Source: Takakia lepidozioides
Taxonomy: Eukaryota > Plantae > Bryophyta
NCBI GenBank assembly: GCA_030704615.1
Contig: CM060734.1
Span: 48,484,001-48,548,000, forward strand
Length of the DNA stretch: 64,000 nucleotides
Reading direction: 5' to 3'
This document shows, one piece after another, positions 26,001 through 39,420 of the stretch. Position 1 is the stretch's first letter, and each line of letters starts with the position of its first letter. Below the pieces are notes generated by a model. That model made no database searches and was not told the origin of the DNA. It was given only the letters and a program-made list of their open reading frames with translations. A program made the position numbers and the translations under genes.

Positions 26001-28084
26001 TGCCTGATTTCCAAAGAGAGGGTTGCTGAGAGAATGTACTGGGCTGTACCCAAACACCACCAGCCATGTGCCTTGGAGAAAGGAAACGGATATGGTGTTA
26101 GAAAGCTGCAGAATCAAACTCTGGGAATGAGCTTCTGAGAATTGACATCTGAGCAAGGTGCATGCTAATCTCCTCTGTATCTTCCAATTTTATCATGAGC
26201 CTCGGATGCTCTATTTTCTTTAGCAACAAGAGTGGTGCCCCATGGAGATAACCTCCCTTGTCCCATCTCAACACACATTGAATGAAGTCAATCAAAGCTA
26301 CCCCCCAAAAACAGAAACACATACATGAGAGAGGCAAAGCTCTCTGGAGGAAAATAACAGTGAAATCTCACCTGGTAAGCCACCCATACAGGCGATTTGG
26401 TATTGAGGCCATTGAATGGCTCACTGGCGACATGCCAGAGATGTGTGAAGCTACTGTGGGGCAGTAGTAGCACTACCGACATCAGAGTAAATATGCCAAG
26501 CCATGCACCCTGAGCACAGAAACATCAGGGAGTCAGCAAAGCGGAACAGTCTCCTTCAAGAGCCTCAGATACGAGATTAGAGAATAGTGCGGATAACGGG
26601 AAAAGATAGAAAGCCCTACGGGCCTAAAAGGTGGACAGAGTTTCTTTCTTAGGGAAGGTATTTATAAAATCAACGTCACCAACATTTCTAGACCTTTTTC
26701 CCTGTACCATAGAGTGTACCAAAAGAAACTAATGACATGTTGAAAATAAGTGAACGAACTTGGTAGATGCACTTACACGCAGATAGTAGTTGAAAATGAC
26801 AGGTCGGCGAAATGAGGCTCCGAAGGTGAAGATAAAAGGAGAGGAGATGAACTGAAAGTAAATGGTGAAAAATATGACTGTCGACTCCCAGTTGTCACCA
26901 AGCACCCACCACGAAGAACCATGAGAGAGTCTGCCATATCCAGGGAGCTGAAGCGTGTTAATAGGAGGAGACACCAGCAGAGAAAGAAATTTCCAGCCAG
27001 AGAAATGGAGTTTTGTACCTTCCCTACCACATGACATCATGAGGCCTCATATGATCAGCTTCACAGGCATTCCAAAAACAGGAGCAAATAAGATGCAGCA
27101 AATCCACTGCTCTACATTCAGGCCTCATGATACTTTAATGGGAGTCAGCATCGACAGTCAAAAGAAAGGAAAGCCATGTAATCGCCCTGATCACCATAGC
27201 CACACAATGAGAAGTAAATAGTAAAGATATGTGACAGACGCTGTGGATGAGGCTAGAGATCTGTCAGTGCATCTGAGTCTACTGCATCCATCAAAGGGAA
27301 GGCACATCAGACTCTGAAGTTACCACAAGAGTTGGCATACTGATAAGGAAAAGAGGCTGGGCCAGGAAGGAACATACTTGGCAGGCCACTTGACATAGTC
27401 AGATTGGGCAGTCATGAAGGAGAGAGCAGCCAACACAAATACAAGGTTGATGATCCAAACCCCAAGTACCGATGCCACATTCTGTGGTCCTAGCAGACTG
27501 GAGGTTGGTCACACCTGCCATGATCAACCATCTCATCAGTCTGAGCAGTTTATTGTGCCCAATTTTGATGATTGCTGATGCCCAGCAAAGCTATGACACG
27601 AGAATGTAAGAAAACAGAAAAACCAACAAGGAGAACCCTAGATTGCAGTCTCATGGAGGTAGGCAGCTAAGAATTTCTACTACTTCCCATGATGAGTAAC
27701 CTCCAACAGTCGTACCTCCCTCAAACCTTATAGTACACGCAGTGAAGAAGGAATAGAGATGATGTTCTATCTCCACTTCCTGCATGTGTTGCAATGGACT
27801 AATCCTATCCTCATCAGGTATGACGACCCATCTACGTATCTTGATCTGGAAGCTGTGTTAACCGACTCAGAAATTTCCCAAAGCCCTGGTGAGAGATGTG
27901 CAGAACGTGGCCGGCAAGTAGACTCAGAGATACAAATATCTCTGTAGGTACGGAGTTTTGGGATGAGCCAGTGCCCCTCCACCCCATGTTCATTGTACAT
28001 GAAAAGAGCATTTAATGACATGCAAGGAGAAGAAGAAGGAAAGAGAGGAAGAAAGAAAGAAATCAATATATGAATTGAGACGTT

Positions 28085-28420
28085 TGTTTTGTTTTGTTTT
28101 GTTTTGTTTGTTTGTCACGTTGAGATGTCCCAAACCGCAAGGTCCCATCCCTTGTGCTTGGTACCGTTGGAAAGCCCTCGACGAGGAGGGGTGCACGGGC
28201 TTGGTCTCATGTTTTTTGGACCCGCGGTGTGGGAGATGTGGAATTCCAAGTACTTTTGGTCGGTGGAAATTCACAAAAAATAGCAAAAATGGCAAAGTGG
28301 GCATTCCTGGGACAATGGTTGGAGCCTCGACGGGAGAGATATCAAGGCAAAGGTCTCTGGTTCAAATCTGGTCGCAGGCTCTGTGGAAAAGAAATTTATT
28401 AGATATGGCTTGCTTCATAT
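28085..28420. repeat. Probable non-autonomous repeat remnant (GTACCGTTGGAAAGCCCTCGACGAG motif with a second degenerate copy)
   Basis: It starts after a (TTTTG)n run and carries two related GTTGGA..CCTCGACG motifs (~28166, ~28318). The family was not determined. Confidence 0.35.
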
Positions 28421-28479
28421 ATTGATGCACTTGGACTTAGATGGCATTGGACACTTGGGCCAACGGCACAGGCTACCCT

Positions 28480-31400
28480 AGTGATACATTATAACGTCTG
28501 CAGAAAGCTCAAAGAGTTTATGACAAGAGAAACCATGAAACAAGAAAGAGAGAGGGGCCCTCCATGACCAACCCAAAACCACTATTTGCTCAAGGGATTG
28601 TCTAAGAGACAACGCCTCATGCAGAGATATTGCTAACCTTCTCTGATGGAAGACCTCTGTCAGATATTGGCTATCTCGGAATAGGCAATAGGATCTCCCA
28701 CATCTCATAGTACTGAAATGAAATGGTGCTTTATAACGTCCGCATACGACCGTATGTGGACAAAATGGAAGAAAACATGAGAGAGGAAACAAAACCAGAG
28801 CCAAGAATAAAAACTATTGCTAGATTGTACTCATAAGACGTTGTTTGCCGTAGCCTTGTGGCCATTGACCCCGCGCCCAGTTTGAGCGGGAACAAAAGGG
28901 ACAGAACCTACCTCTGTCAGGGGCTGACATTGGTAGTAAGACTTACCTCCATATAAAGAATTAATCCGGGTTTTCCAGATATCCTCTAGAAATCCCTTCA
29001 CACAAGCATCTGCTGTGTGTGATTTGCCCAAAAACTAGGCCTCAGGAGGGCCTGGGCTTTTGGCTCAGCCTCGAGACTTTCAAAGTTGGTAAACAGGGGT
29101 ACAGACACAATTCCCTTAATAGATTTGAAGAGAGCGTCTCTTTGGTGAGAGAACCCCGGACAGTGTATCAGAAAATGAATACTGTCTTCAGATTGCCCAC
29201 ACAACGGGCAATTGCACTCTCCCTTTCCTCTCTGCTTCTGTTTGCTGTTCAAAGGTAGGCTTCCTGCCCTGAGTTTAAATTTCAGTCTAGTGCCGAGAGT
29301 GGGTAGACCCTTGAGGTCATCCAAGATGTCCTCCCCCATGTCACAGACTGGAAACAAGTTCAGGGAAGTTTTCTGCCTAACTTCATTTTCATCAGACAAT
29401 CTCATGGCAACAGACATGGCTGAGGACACTACAGCCTCTAAGTCAGATTTATCCAGCAGGGTCAAGACTTGCGGATCCAGGTCCAGGTCCTTGAGGATCT
29501 CTTCTACTCTCTTCTGCCAGGACTTAGCCTGTTTGACAGGGCGGTCCTGTTTCCAAGATATATTGTCAATTAACTTAGGATATCTGGTGTTGGGCATATG
29601 TTGCAGCTGACCCCACCATCTGACCTTGAATTCATCTCGTCTGGAGCTTAAGGACGGAATGCCAAACTCACCCCGAACAGCCACATTGGCTGTTTTGGAG
29701 CATGCTGACATACACTCCTTAAGCACCCCCACTTGAATGGATTCTAGAGACTTAGCCTGGTTGGAGTTATCAACCCATATAGCAGATCCGTACTCCAAGG
29801 CAGGTCTAATAACGCGACAAAGCATGGTTTTCTTAACCTCAGAGTTGACCCCTCTGCAGTGGAAAAATTTAGTGAGCCCCAGAGCTTTGCCCTTGCCAGT
29901 TTGAACAACTTTCCGGATATGTGCATCCCAATTACAATTGGAGGAGAACTCAACGCCCAGGTAAGTGTAGGAAGGGAGGACTGGGATCTCTTGGCTACCC
30001 CACTGCCACTTAAGATCACGTCCTCCCTCTCCTCTGTCGTTGAATGCTACCACTGCACATTTGCTGACATTAGCCTCTAGCCCCCAAAGATCAAAGTATC
30101 TCTTCGCGCAATCAATCAACTCCTGGAGATTGGTTGGAGTCTCCCCTATGCCTGCGAAGTCATCCGCAAACATAAGGGCTGGTATGGTGGTATCACCCAC
30201 CCTTAACCCAAATCCCTCACTTTCCACATCCTCGAGGAGTTGATAGTACATCCTTGAGCTACACCTTGGTCTATGTCAAAGAAGTTGGACTTCTGTCCGT
30301 TAACAGTGACACAGCTTTTGGTGTGAGCATACAAGTTGTGGACAACTCTCCACATCTTTCCCTTGATCCCACAAGACCAGAGGCGGAACCATAGGCCATC
30401 TCTCCACACTGTGTCATAAGCCTTTTTGACATCCAGGAAAAAGACATAAGTGTGTTTCCCTTCTTTTTTCCTTCCCTGGATAATCTGGCTTAGAGTGAAG
30501 ATATGATCCACACAGCCCCTGTTTCGCCGAAAGCCAGCTTGGCCTTCGTGGAAACAACCTCTAGACTCCAGATCGACCTCGAGACGAGTACTTATAACTC
30601 TGCAGAATGTCTTGCCAACAGCATTGAGGAGCGTGATGCCACGGTAGTTCCCTGGTTCTTCTCTGTCACCCTTCTTGTATAGATTGACAATGACCCCCTG
30701 TCGCCAGCGAAAGGGGATCATTTCAGTCTTCCAGATAAGGTTAAAGAGGAGAACTAGGGCCTCTATCATGGGAGAGCCACCGTGCTTGATAAGCTCGTTG
30801 ACAATACCATCAGGTCCACCAGCTTTATATCCATTTAAATGTTCAATTGCTTCCACAATCTCAGAAGAACTAATGGGAGCATTATAAGCCATTGAAATAT
30901 ACTCCAGTTCATCAGGGCTGTTTTGAATCATAGGAACAGTTTTTCCAACTGTGTCCCTCCATTCAGCAGAAGACCCCTCACTGTTAGACCTAGAAGTTCT
31001 GCCAAGGATACTGTAGTGAGTTTCAAAGGTTTTGACAATGTCAACCGATGAAGTCACCACTGCACCTTTAGTAGTCTTCAGCGCTTGTACTTGCTGACCG
31101 TTTTTCGGCTTGTACAAACGTTGAGGGCCAACCAGAATTTCTTGTCACTACCACCATGGTGGTTTGAGTTTATTTCACTGTATAACTTGTCCCAGTATAA
31201 TTTCTTCTGAGACCTAACAAGCTGATTGATATCTTTACGGAGCTGGTAGTACCTCGCCCACAATTCTCTGTTGGTTTCCAAATTGCAGCACTCTTTATAG
31301 AGGGCTCGTCTCTCAGCTATCTTGAGTTTAATCTCATTAGTCCACCAATTAACTGCTCTACCGCAGACAATTAGTTTCCTCCCAATGATCTTGTCAGCCA

Positions 31401-34400
31401 CGGAGGAAACGAAACTCTCCCAAGAGTCCACTGCTCTTTCGACTTCATTTCTTGCGTTAACAGAGCGTGACTGAAGTTCTTGGAGCGATTGGACAAAATG
31501 AGGGAGAGCCTCTTGCAAGGCCTGGACGTACTCAGCCTTGACCTCCTCATTGTGGAATTTTTCTATGCGCCACTTCCGAATCGAACGTTTCACAGATCTC
31601 TTGGTGGTGGGAAAACACCTTTTGATCTCAGTCCAAACCAGGAAGTGGTCCGAGGTACCAATATCAGTTCTGTCGATCAACACATTGGCACACTGGGGGA
31701 ACAAAATTTTGTCCATTATGATATAGTCCATAATGGAACGTTCCCCAGTTTGGGGTTTCTCACGAGTCCACTGCACTTGGTCACCTCTTGTCCTGTTATT
31801 CAAGGTCAAAAGCTGAAGCTCTTCTAGACAGTTAATTAACCGTCTGCCATTAGAATTCAGCTCGTCCTCACCAAAAGGTCCAATGATATCGTCCTGATGG
31901 ATCCCTTTGCCCACCCGGGCATTGAAGTCCCCCAATAGTACCACCTGACCTTTGGCAAGGAACGAAGCACAGTCCAGCTTTACATCTTCGAAGGCCTTGT
32001 CTGCGTCAGCACTAAGGGTCCCCTCTGTGGGCATGTAAACACAACCAACAAAGAGGTCCTTTGTACTCATGCCGCCCTTCAAATTCAGTTTTAGCCAGAT
32101 ACTATGCTCGTACCTCAAACCCTTGTTGATAATTTCACAATTGTCAAACAAGAAATCACGGACAAAGAATCCGACCCCTTTTTGACCGCATTTGGCAGAG
32201 GCTGCCTTGAGAGTACACATCTTACCTGCCCATTTATAACCAATGACATCTCCAACCAGTTTATCCGACGTTTCCCATGTTTCTTGCCCAGCACAGATAT
32301 GAATATCATTAGTCCGAAGAACTTGTCCCACTTCAAGTTGTTTCCTTTGGTTGGTCAACCCTGATTGCTAGAGTGATTGTCTAAGGGTGAAGGCCTCGTG
32401 CAGGTAAGCTGCCAAACATTTCTGATATAGTGGAAGACTTCAGTGAGAGATGGGTTCCGCGGAATAGACAGTGGAATCTCCCACGGATCTCGTAGTAAAG
32501 AGGGCAATAGAAGAAGTGTTCTTCAGTTTCGATTTCCCGGTTGAACAAATGAGAGAAAGAGAGAAAAGTTGTTCAATTTATATAAGAACAATCGCCTTCA
32601 ATTGTATGCAACCATCCTCAAGAAATTTCTGTTTCTAAACTTGGCGAGTGCAAGCTTTTCAACGTTGAGAGCTTGGAATTAAATTAAGGTGTCCACTCGT
32701 TGAGCCATGAGTACTGCTAATCAAAGGTTTACTTGGCACCCGTGGCAGTGCAAAAACTATAAACCTCTACCCTCAGATATCTATGCTAATTCTTTAATGG
32801 TGACACCTATTGGATATAGAATGTACTCATCAGACGTTGTCTGCTGCAGCCTTGAGGCCATACACCCCTCTATTGAATATCGAGAAGGCCAATGACAAAT
32901 TCAGTGACCAACACAGAGTTGAGGTGAACAAAAATCATGAGGAGAGAGGGGAAGTCTTAGAACAAACCGTTTTGTCCTTGGAGGTGAAAGGAGACACAAC
33001 AGAGGCCTCTGCCTCGCTGAGGGCAATACCAGCATGGGCTGAGCGAAGAGCACCGCAATCGTTGCCACCATCCCCACACATGCCCACCACAAGGCCACGG
33101 TCCCTGTGCATGTCCACTACCTTCACCTGAGCCCACAATTCCCTGTTACTGCATGTTATGGGTCACAACAAAAGGACGACCTGCTGTTGTCACTCTTTTT
33201 CTGTTTTTCCATAAGCTCTTTGAGATTTCCGCAGATGTTATAAAGTACCATTTCATTTCATCTGATTTCTTGCCTTCTTTTAAAAGCCCAACATCAAGAC
33301 TCATTAGGCAAAAGCTGAATGAACTCCATGTCAAGCATTTTTGGGCTGCTTGTTTCTTGTATCCTGCTTTCCACCTGTAAGCTCCCTGAGCTTCCAGTGC
33401 ACATTATAAATTTTCCTTTGTTCTTTCATTCGTTCTTTCTTCTTTCTCTATCACTCCCTGTGCCATGGGCCCTTGTAACCCCCTTGGATTTCATTTCATT
33501 TTATTTCCATTGCATGGAACTCAATCTCTCACTGAAGTCTGCCACTATGAGGATCAGAAATGCATGGCAGCTTACCTGCACGAGGCCTTGACCCTTAGAC
33601 AATCCCTTGAGAAGTAGTTGCTTTTGGGCTGTTGTTTGGCTCTTGTTTTGTTTCCTCTCTCTTGTTTTTCCCATTTCGTCCCATAAGCTCATTGAGCTTT
33701 ACGCGGACGTTATAAAGTACCGTTTCATTTCATTTCTTTTCTACCAGGAGATCAGTGACACACCTCACAACTAGGTTATAATTCTAATGACACACCTTTC
33801 GTGTCGTCCTGAGGAAAGTATATTACAGCCCAATCACTTATTTGCTCTCTCCATCTCTTCTCTGGGCATTGGGAGGATTGAGGGTGGCTCAGAGAGCCTG
33901 AGGATAGAGACTGGCAGATAGGATAAGCTGCAGGTTGAAGATTGAGACTGAAGAACATCTCTTCTTTCACTTTTCTCTCTACTGTTAAATGCCGGGCTAC
34001 AGTCAACACCTGACAGAGGTGTTCCATTATGAGGATCCAGATGCCTTGCAGCATATACATAAGGCTCTTCACTTAGAGAATCTCTTGAACTTGAATTCTA
34101 CTTTTCTGGTTGTGGTGACTGGTTATTGGGGGCCCTTCTTTTTCCAGAGCCCAGTCGTGGTTTCGCGGCCCAGTCCTGGCCAGGACCCCGGCATCTCTCG
34201 TCCCGAGAAATAAACACACATTACTTCAGTGTTCCACGCCGTTGGGGCGTGGAGAAGAAACCGCAGAGAGAATAGTTCTATCTTGTTACTATTTTCCTTG
34301 GTCCCCTAGGCTCATTGAGTTTGCCATGGACATGATAAAGCTTCCTTCTGTCTTTCTTTCTGTCTGCTTGCCACAAGATCCAGAATAGAGAGTGTGGATA

Positions 34401-37400
34401 CGAGATCGTTGCAGTTGCATCCCATAAACTTTATTCCCACCATGCCATAAACAGCATCTTACCTTATCTGCAGGGGTGAAGCGTGCAAAAATGCGAGTGA
34501 AGAACAGAAGACTGTCCGTTCTGCCTGTCTTGCATAGCACATTGAAGGCCTTCCCTGTGACAGCCAGCTCAGTGAGGCCCCCCTCCAGGCCTTCACCATG
34601 AACCCTCAACATCTCATCTGTGCTCGATGCATGGCTAGTTCCGTCACCAGTGGTGACCATGGGCTGCCATGTTACGCTGGTCAACAAAAGGATTCATCAA
34701 GAGATTGTGCAAGATAGAAAACCGGAACGAAAGAAAAAAGAAATAGGAATTTTTTCATGTACACCGAGGGCCATGGGGTCCCATGGGACAGGAAAGAACA
34801 AATCAAACCAACTTTAGGAAGAGATCATCCTGGGTTGGCCTGGCTGCCAGTATGTGATATGACAATAATAGGATTCCTCCTGGTTGTGGAGCACTTTTTG
34901 CAATTACTAAGCAGAAGCAATCATTGCCTCCCACCACTGCATTGAAAGGGGCTAAGATATGAGTCTTCATAATACCTGCCTGCCCAATCAAGGTCAGCTA
35001 ACAGGACTTGGACATGTTGAGTGACCATGGCACACTCCTTGGCAATGTAAAACCCGCATTGCGCATTATCACCAGTCACCATCAATGATCGCACCTGGTA
35101 AGTACTCCCAAATTTTACACACACTCCATAATTTCAAAGTGGGAAGTAACTGTTACGCCAAGCACAATGCTGGTTAACGTGCGTACTGTTACAGTTGAGG
35201 TGATAAGCAGATTCTAAGCCATTGTTGCAAAATCCTCATAAACGTACACTCAAAGGAGGACAAGGTCATCATAGATGACAACCAGAGTCAACGTCCTCAA
35301 TTTAACTGCCATAAATAAGGTACCTCAATCATACCCCAGTACTTCCATAACTAAAAGTTCTGACAAGTGCCACAATGTCATGTGACAAAAAGAGGACACA
35401 CTTCTTACACAGCACATCAGCAAGTCCGCTTTGACTGATAACACAGCTTAAAGGTCTGCTACTAGAAAGCCTGGCACTTACCTCACCCTTGCGGAGAGCC
35501 TCAATCGCACCCCGAGTGTCTTGTTTGAGCTTTGTCCAAGGGCATCATAGTGCCTAGGCTCCTGGTACTCACAATGACCACTCATGTTACTGTTTGCCAA
35601 TTGGACATAGCTTGCAATCACAGGTCCTTCAAAAACCAGGCTGAAAGGTGTTCACACATGTGGAGTGACAGAGACCATAGAAACGTGAAATAGATGGACA
35701 ACAAAAGAGATAATAGGGGGAGGAAGAGACTTGTGACTTAAGCCCAACACGTAGCAGCCGTCAAGAGCATGGTCCTTAGCAGTCTGCAGGTACTCCGTGG
35801 GAATGCTACCTGCAGTGCATAATTCCTGAACCCTTTCAAAAGACCCCTGCATAGATGCATAGATGCATGAACCATAAGTACTCAATAACCCAAAAACCGT
35901 TTCAAGCCAGTTCAAGGGGACTTATCCTCTCACTTGTAACGGAAAATTCGGCTTTCATACCTACTGTGGCATGACATGCTCTGACTATTCTCTGCTCTGC
36001 AGGAGATTGAATTACCTACGTAGGGTTGGATAAGTAAGACTTGAACACCTCTCTTTCACTATGAGGATCAAAAATGCTTGGCAGCCTACCTACACGAGGC
36101 CTTCACCCTTAGACAATCGCTAGAACATTAATTGTGGTTTCTGGATTTGTTCCTCTCTCATGTTTTCTTCCATTTTGTCCCATAAGCTCTACGAGCTTTC
36201 CGCGGACGTTATAAAGCACCATTTCATTCATTCATTTCATTTCTCTATACTGTTTATTCAGTGGAACCCAATCTCTCACTGAAGTCTTCCACTATGAGGA
36301 TCAGAAATGCCTGGCAGCTTACCTGCAGGAGGCCTTCACCCTTAGACAATCACTAGAACAATAGTTCTTATTCTTGGGTTTTGGTTTTGTTTCCTCTCCC
36401 ATGTTTTCTTCCATTTTGTCCCATAAGCTCTATGAGCTTTCCGCGGACATTATAAAGCACCATTTCATTTCATTTCTCCTTAACTTTATACATTATAAAG
36501 TACCATTTCATTTCATTTCATTTCTCTTTAACTTTTCCTTCTCATGGGTAGTTTCACTTGGTCCATAATAGATATCCTTCTCTAAGGCCTTTGAAATGTC
36601 TCCTATATCACGAAACTAGGATTTGTCCAGGTTGAAGAGTACAGAACATAGATAACACCATTTCTTTCTTTGTCCTGTCAAATATAGATTGGGGAGATGT
36701 GAGATAAAGTTTTAGTATGTTTGTCAGAGACTGCTCTTCCTTGAAAGGCCTTGGTTTTGAAGGCCGGAACTCATTCAGTCAGTCTGTCTGTCTGTCTTTC
36801 TTGCTTTCTTTAAAGTTTGAAAGCATACATAGAGCCCACCCCTGGAAGGGGGCAGTAGCTGCAAGGCAAAGTGGCTGTTAGTTACACCGGCTTCAGCCAG
36901 AGTCCTCTTCTTGAAGGCAGACTTGCACCCATCTTAAAATGAAATGAAATGGTACTCATCTTAAGGAAAGGGGCATTGGCACTCACTTTGCAATAGACAT
37001 GAAGCTCTCCAGCACCATCTTGGATGACCACACTCATGGTGGCACGGGCATGCTCAAACTCATTCCGTCTCACAAGTGTGTACTTTTTTCCCTCTCTGCT
37101 GGAGATAATAGGATATTCCTGTGCAGTGGTGCCTCCTTCCAACAAGTCCCAGCGAACTGCAGAAAACATTTTCACCTACATTGAATGAAAATGTGTTATT
37201 AGACCTTCTACTCTTTAGGGCTTGAGAAGGGGAGAGAGGGATGACATCATAGAGATAGAGGTGGGGAGAAGCACTTACAGAGATGCAGATACAAGACTTC
37301 TCAAGCACGCAGAATAACTCGCGCCATGGGAATGGACAAATACAACCTACCTCGACTTCATTCCCCACAAACTGCTCCCCAAACTTGGTGCCTGCGTGAC

Positions 37401-39420
37401 AGGTAGCCAGGCCCTTGATAGTGATATTATCAATTGCTTCCATATTTTGGGGTGACAAAACAGGGCCAAATGACGGATGCTTATCACCATCATGGAGAAC
37501 ACTTTGAATGCCTATGAAATCCAGGCCATTGTTTGTAAGGGTCCCAGTCTTGTCGAAGCAAAACACCCGGATCTTTCCAGCAATTGCAATTCGCTTTGGA
37601 TTCACACAAAAAATTCCTCGCTTCTGCACCAGATATAAAAGTTTATAAAGGCAACATTTAATTTATTGCTCAGACGACAGATTCAATTACAGGTTGGATG
37701 TTGGACAGAGAGAGGAAGACAAATTGAGAGAAGGTGATCAGAAAGGATGGGTTGGGAGTTCTGCCCTTTTTCCTCCCAAAATAAGAGAAACTCTGTCTTT
37801 GTAAGCCGTAGTCTTGAGGCCATAAACCCTAGCACCGTGGTAGAGCTGAAAAAGGGGAAGAGGGGGGAGGGATATAAAGACAGAGTAAAGGAAGGGAAAG
37901 GAACTTTACACGGTCCATGGGAAGCTCAAAGAGAAACATACGGACACTAGCATCAGTGAAGTCTCGGTCCATGAAGAGGAAAAGGAAGAAGAAATGAATG
38001 AAATGGACCTTTATACGTCTGCAGAAAGCTCAAAGATATTATGGGACAAAAGGAAAGCAAGAAACAAGAAAGAATAAAGAACAGAGCGAAGCCAGAAGCA
38101 GCCCAAATGCAACTACTGCTCAAGGGATTGTCTAGGAAAGAAAGCCAGAGAGAAATTTTATAAATCCACGGGTGCCCATGGGAAAAGTAGAACAACAAGA
38201 AAGGGAGGAAGAAGGACAAAAAGTTCCATCCACGGGAAATGAAATGAAATGGTATTTTATAACCTCCGCAGAAAGCTCAAAGAGCTTATGGGACAAAACG
38301 GTAAAAAACAAGAGAAATGAAATGAAATGAAATGGTGCTTTATAACGTCCGCGGAAAGCTCGTAGAGCTTATGGGACAAAATGGAAGAAAACATGAGAGA
38401 GGAACAAATCCAGAAACCACAATTAATAAGATGCTTCATTTGAAATAATGCAGGGTGATGGCAAAATATTCATTCAGAACCAACTGAGACTTGTTAAGTC
38501 CATAACAAGCTACACTGACCTGGAATATTAGGGAGAGTGCGCAGCAAACAGCTGCATATGCCAAAAAAAGCATCACCACTATTGGAAGTTCCTCGTCACA
38601 CTTGAAAACCATTCGCTCAGGATAGAGTATGGTGGACAACAACTTGCCTTTCAACGTACTCATTCCTAATAACACATCAACCCAAACATAGAGTTTAGCA
38701 CTACAAATCAAAAGGCTTAGAGGCATTCGAAATAGTCTGCTGAAAAATTGGCTTCCATGCCCTTGTCCTTGTCTACTGGCCAAGTCCTTCACTTCTTTTG
38801 AATTCACTTCAGTTCACATAAACCTAAACCAGGTTCACATGAACTCGGCAACAGCTGAAGTTGAGGATTCCCTTTGCATCAAAGTCTTTTCTAAAGCGCA
38901 GTTCGACTTATTGCAATCAGTCTAGAGGAAAAAGAACATAGCCATGCCAAAGTGTGACACCTATATCTCAAGCCGAGGTGAGCATCGCTGAGTTCTCCAC
39001 CAAACAACAATTAGGATTGCCCCACACTAGTGTTTTTCCAATCGACATTGGGTCAAAAGGGACTGTGTCACAGTAATCCATTCCTTCCTTACAGTATGTG
39101 AAAGCAGAACTGATATATCCTCATTTTAGCAATTTGCATATTGTAAGGCGACCACTTAGCAAGGTCAGGGTCAACCAAGAGGGAATTACTGGTAACCTGT
39201 GGAAGTGACAATTGCGTCGGGCACCCCCAGGACCTTCAGGCTCATAAAAACTGGAGTTGTTGGGAGCCTGGTACTTTTGCACAGGCATTGCCTCCCCTGT
39301 AAGGTTACTCTCATTGCAGACACAGAACCCTGGATAAAACAGCAAATACCTCAATATGCAACATTGTACCAAAAATGGAATGAAATGAAATGGAACTTTA
39401 TAACGTCCGCAGAAAACCTT
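28480..39420. repeat. Cluster of about 12 5'-truncated LINE 3' stubs ending in (CATTT)n/(TTTCA)n tails, within ATPase introns
   Basis: Copies lie at about 28480-28710(-), 28710-28824 joined to 32364-32540(-), 33200-33262(+), 33500-33738(+), 33870-34090(+), 36040-36245(+), 36246-36478(+), 36490-36525(+), 37975-38135(-), 38236-38320(-), 38316-38430(-) and 39374-39420(-). Shared core: CCCATAAGCTC....GAGCTTTCCGCGGACGTTATAAAGCACCATTTCATTTC. The longest copies encode EIETEEHFFYCPLYYEIRGRFHCLFR..LAAYLHEAFTLRQSL, a LINE ORF2 C-terminus. Confidence 0.85.
28825..32363 (-). mobile_element. RTE-X-like non-LTR retrotransposon (APE endonuclease, reverse transcriptase, C-terminal CCHC), 5'-truncated and frameshifted, with a 9-bp TSD
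   Basis: APE motifs GQETW, LLGDFNARVG, MDYII, SDHFLV. RT motifs KAGGPDGI, NYRGITLL, QAGFR, FLDVKKAYDTVWR, GVAQGC, LMFADD, YTYLGV. C-terminal CPLCGQSEDSIHFLIHC. Target-site duplication ATTGCTAGA at 28816-28824 and 32364-32372. Frameshifts or deletions near 31100, 30245 and 29020. Confidence 0.92.

Noticed and set aside
32820-32845. Hammerhead ribozyme core (CTGATGAG on the minus strand)
   Set aside because: There is no stem II/GAAA or cleavage-triplet architecture. The homologous positions in the other two copies read CTTATGAG, so this is just the LINE 3' end.
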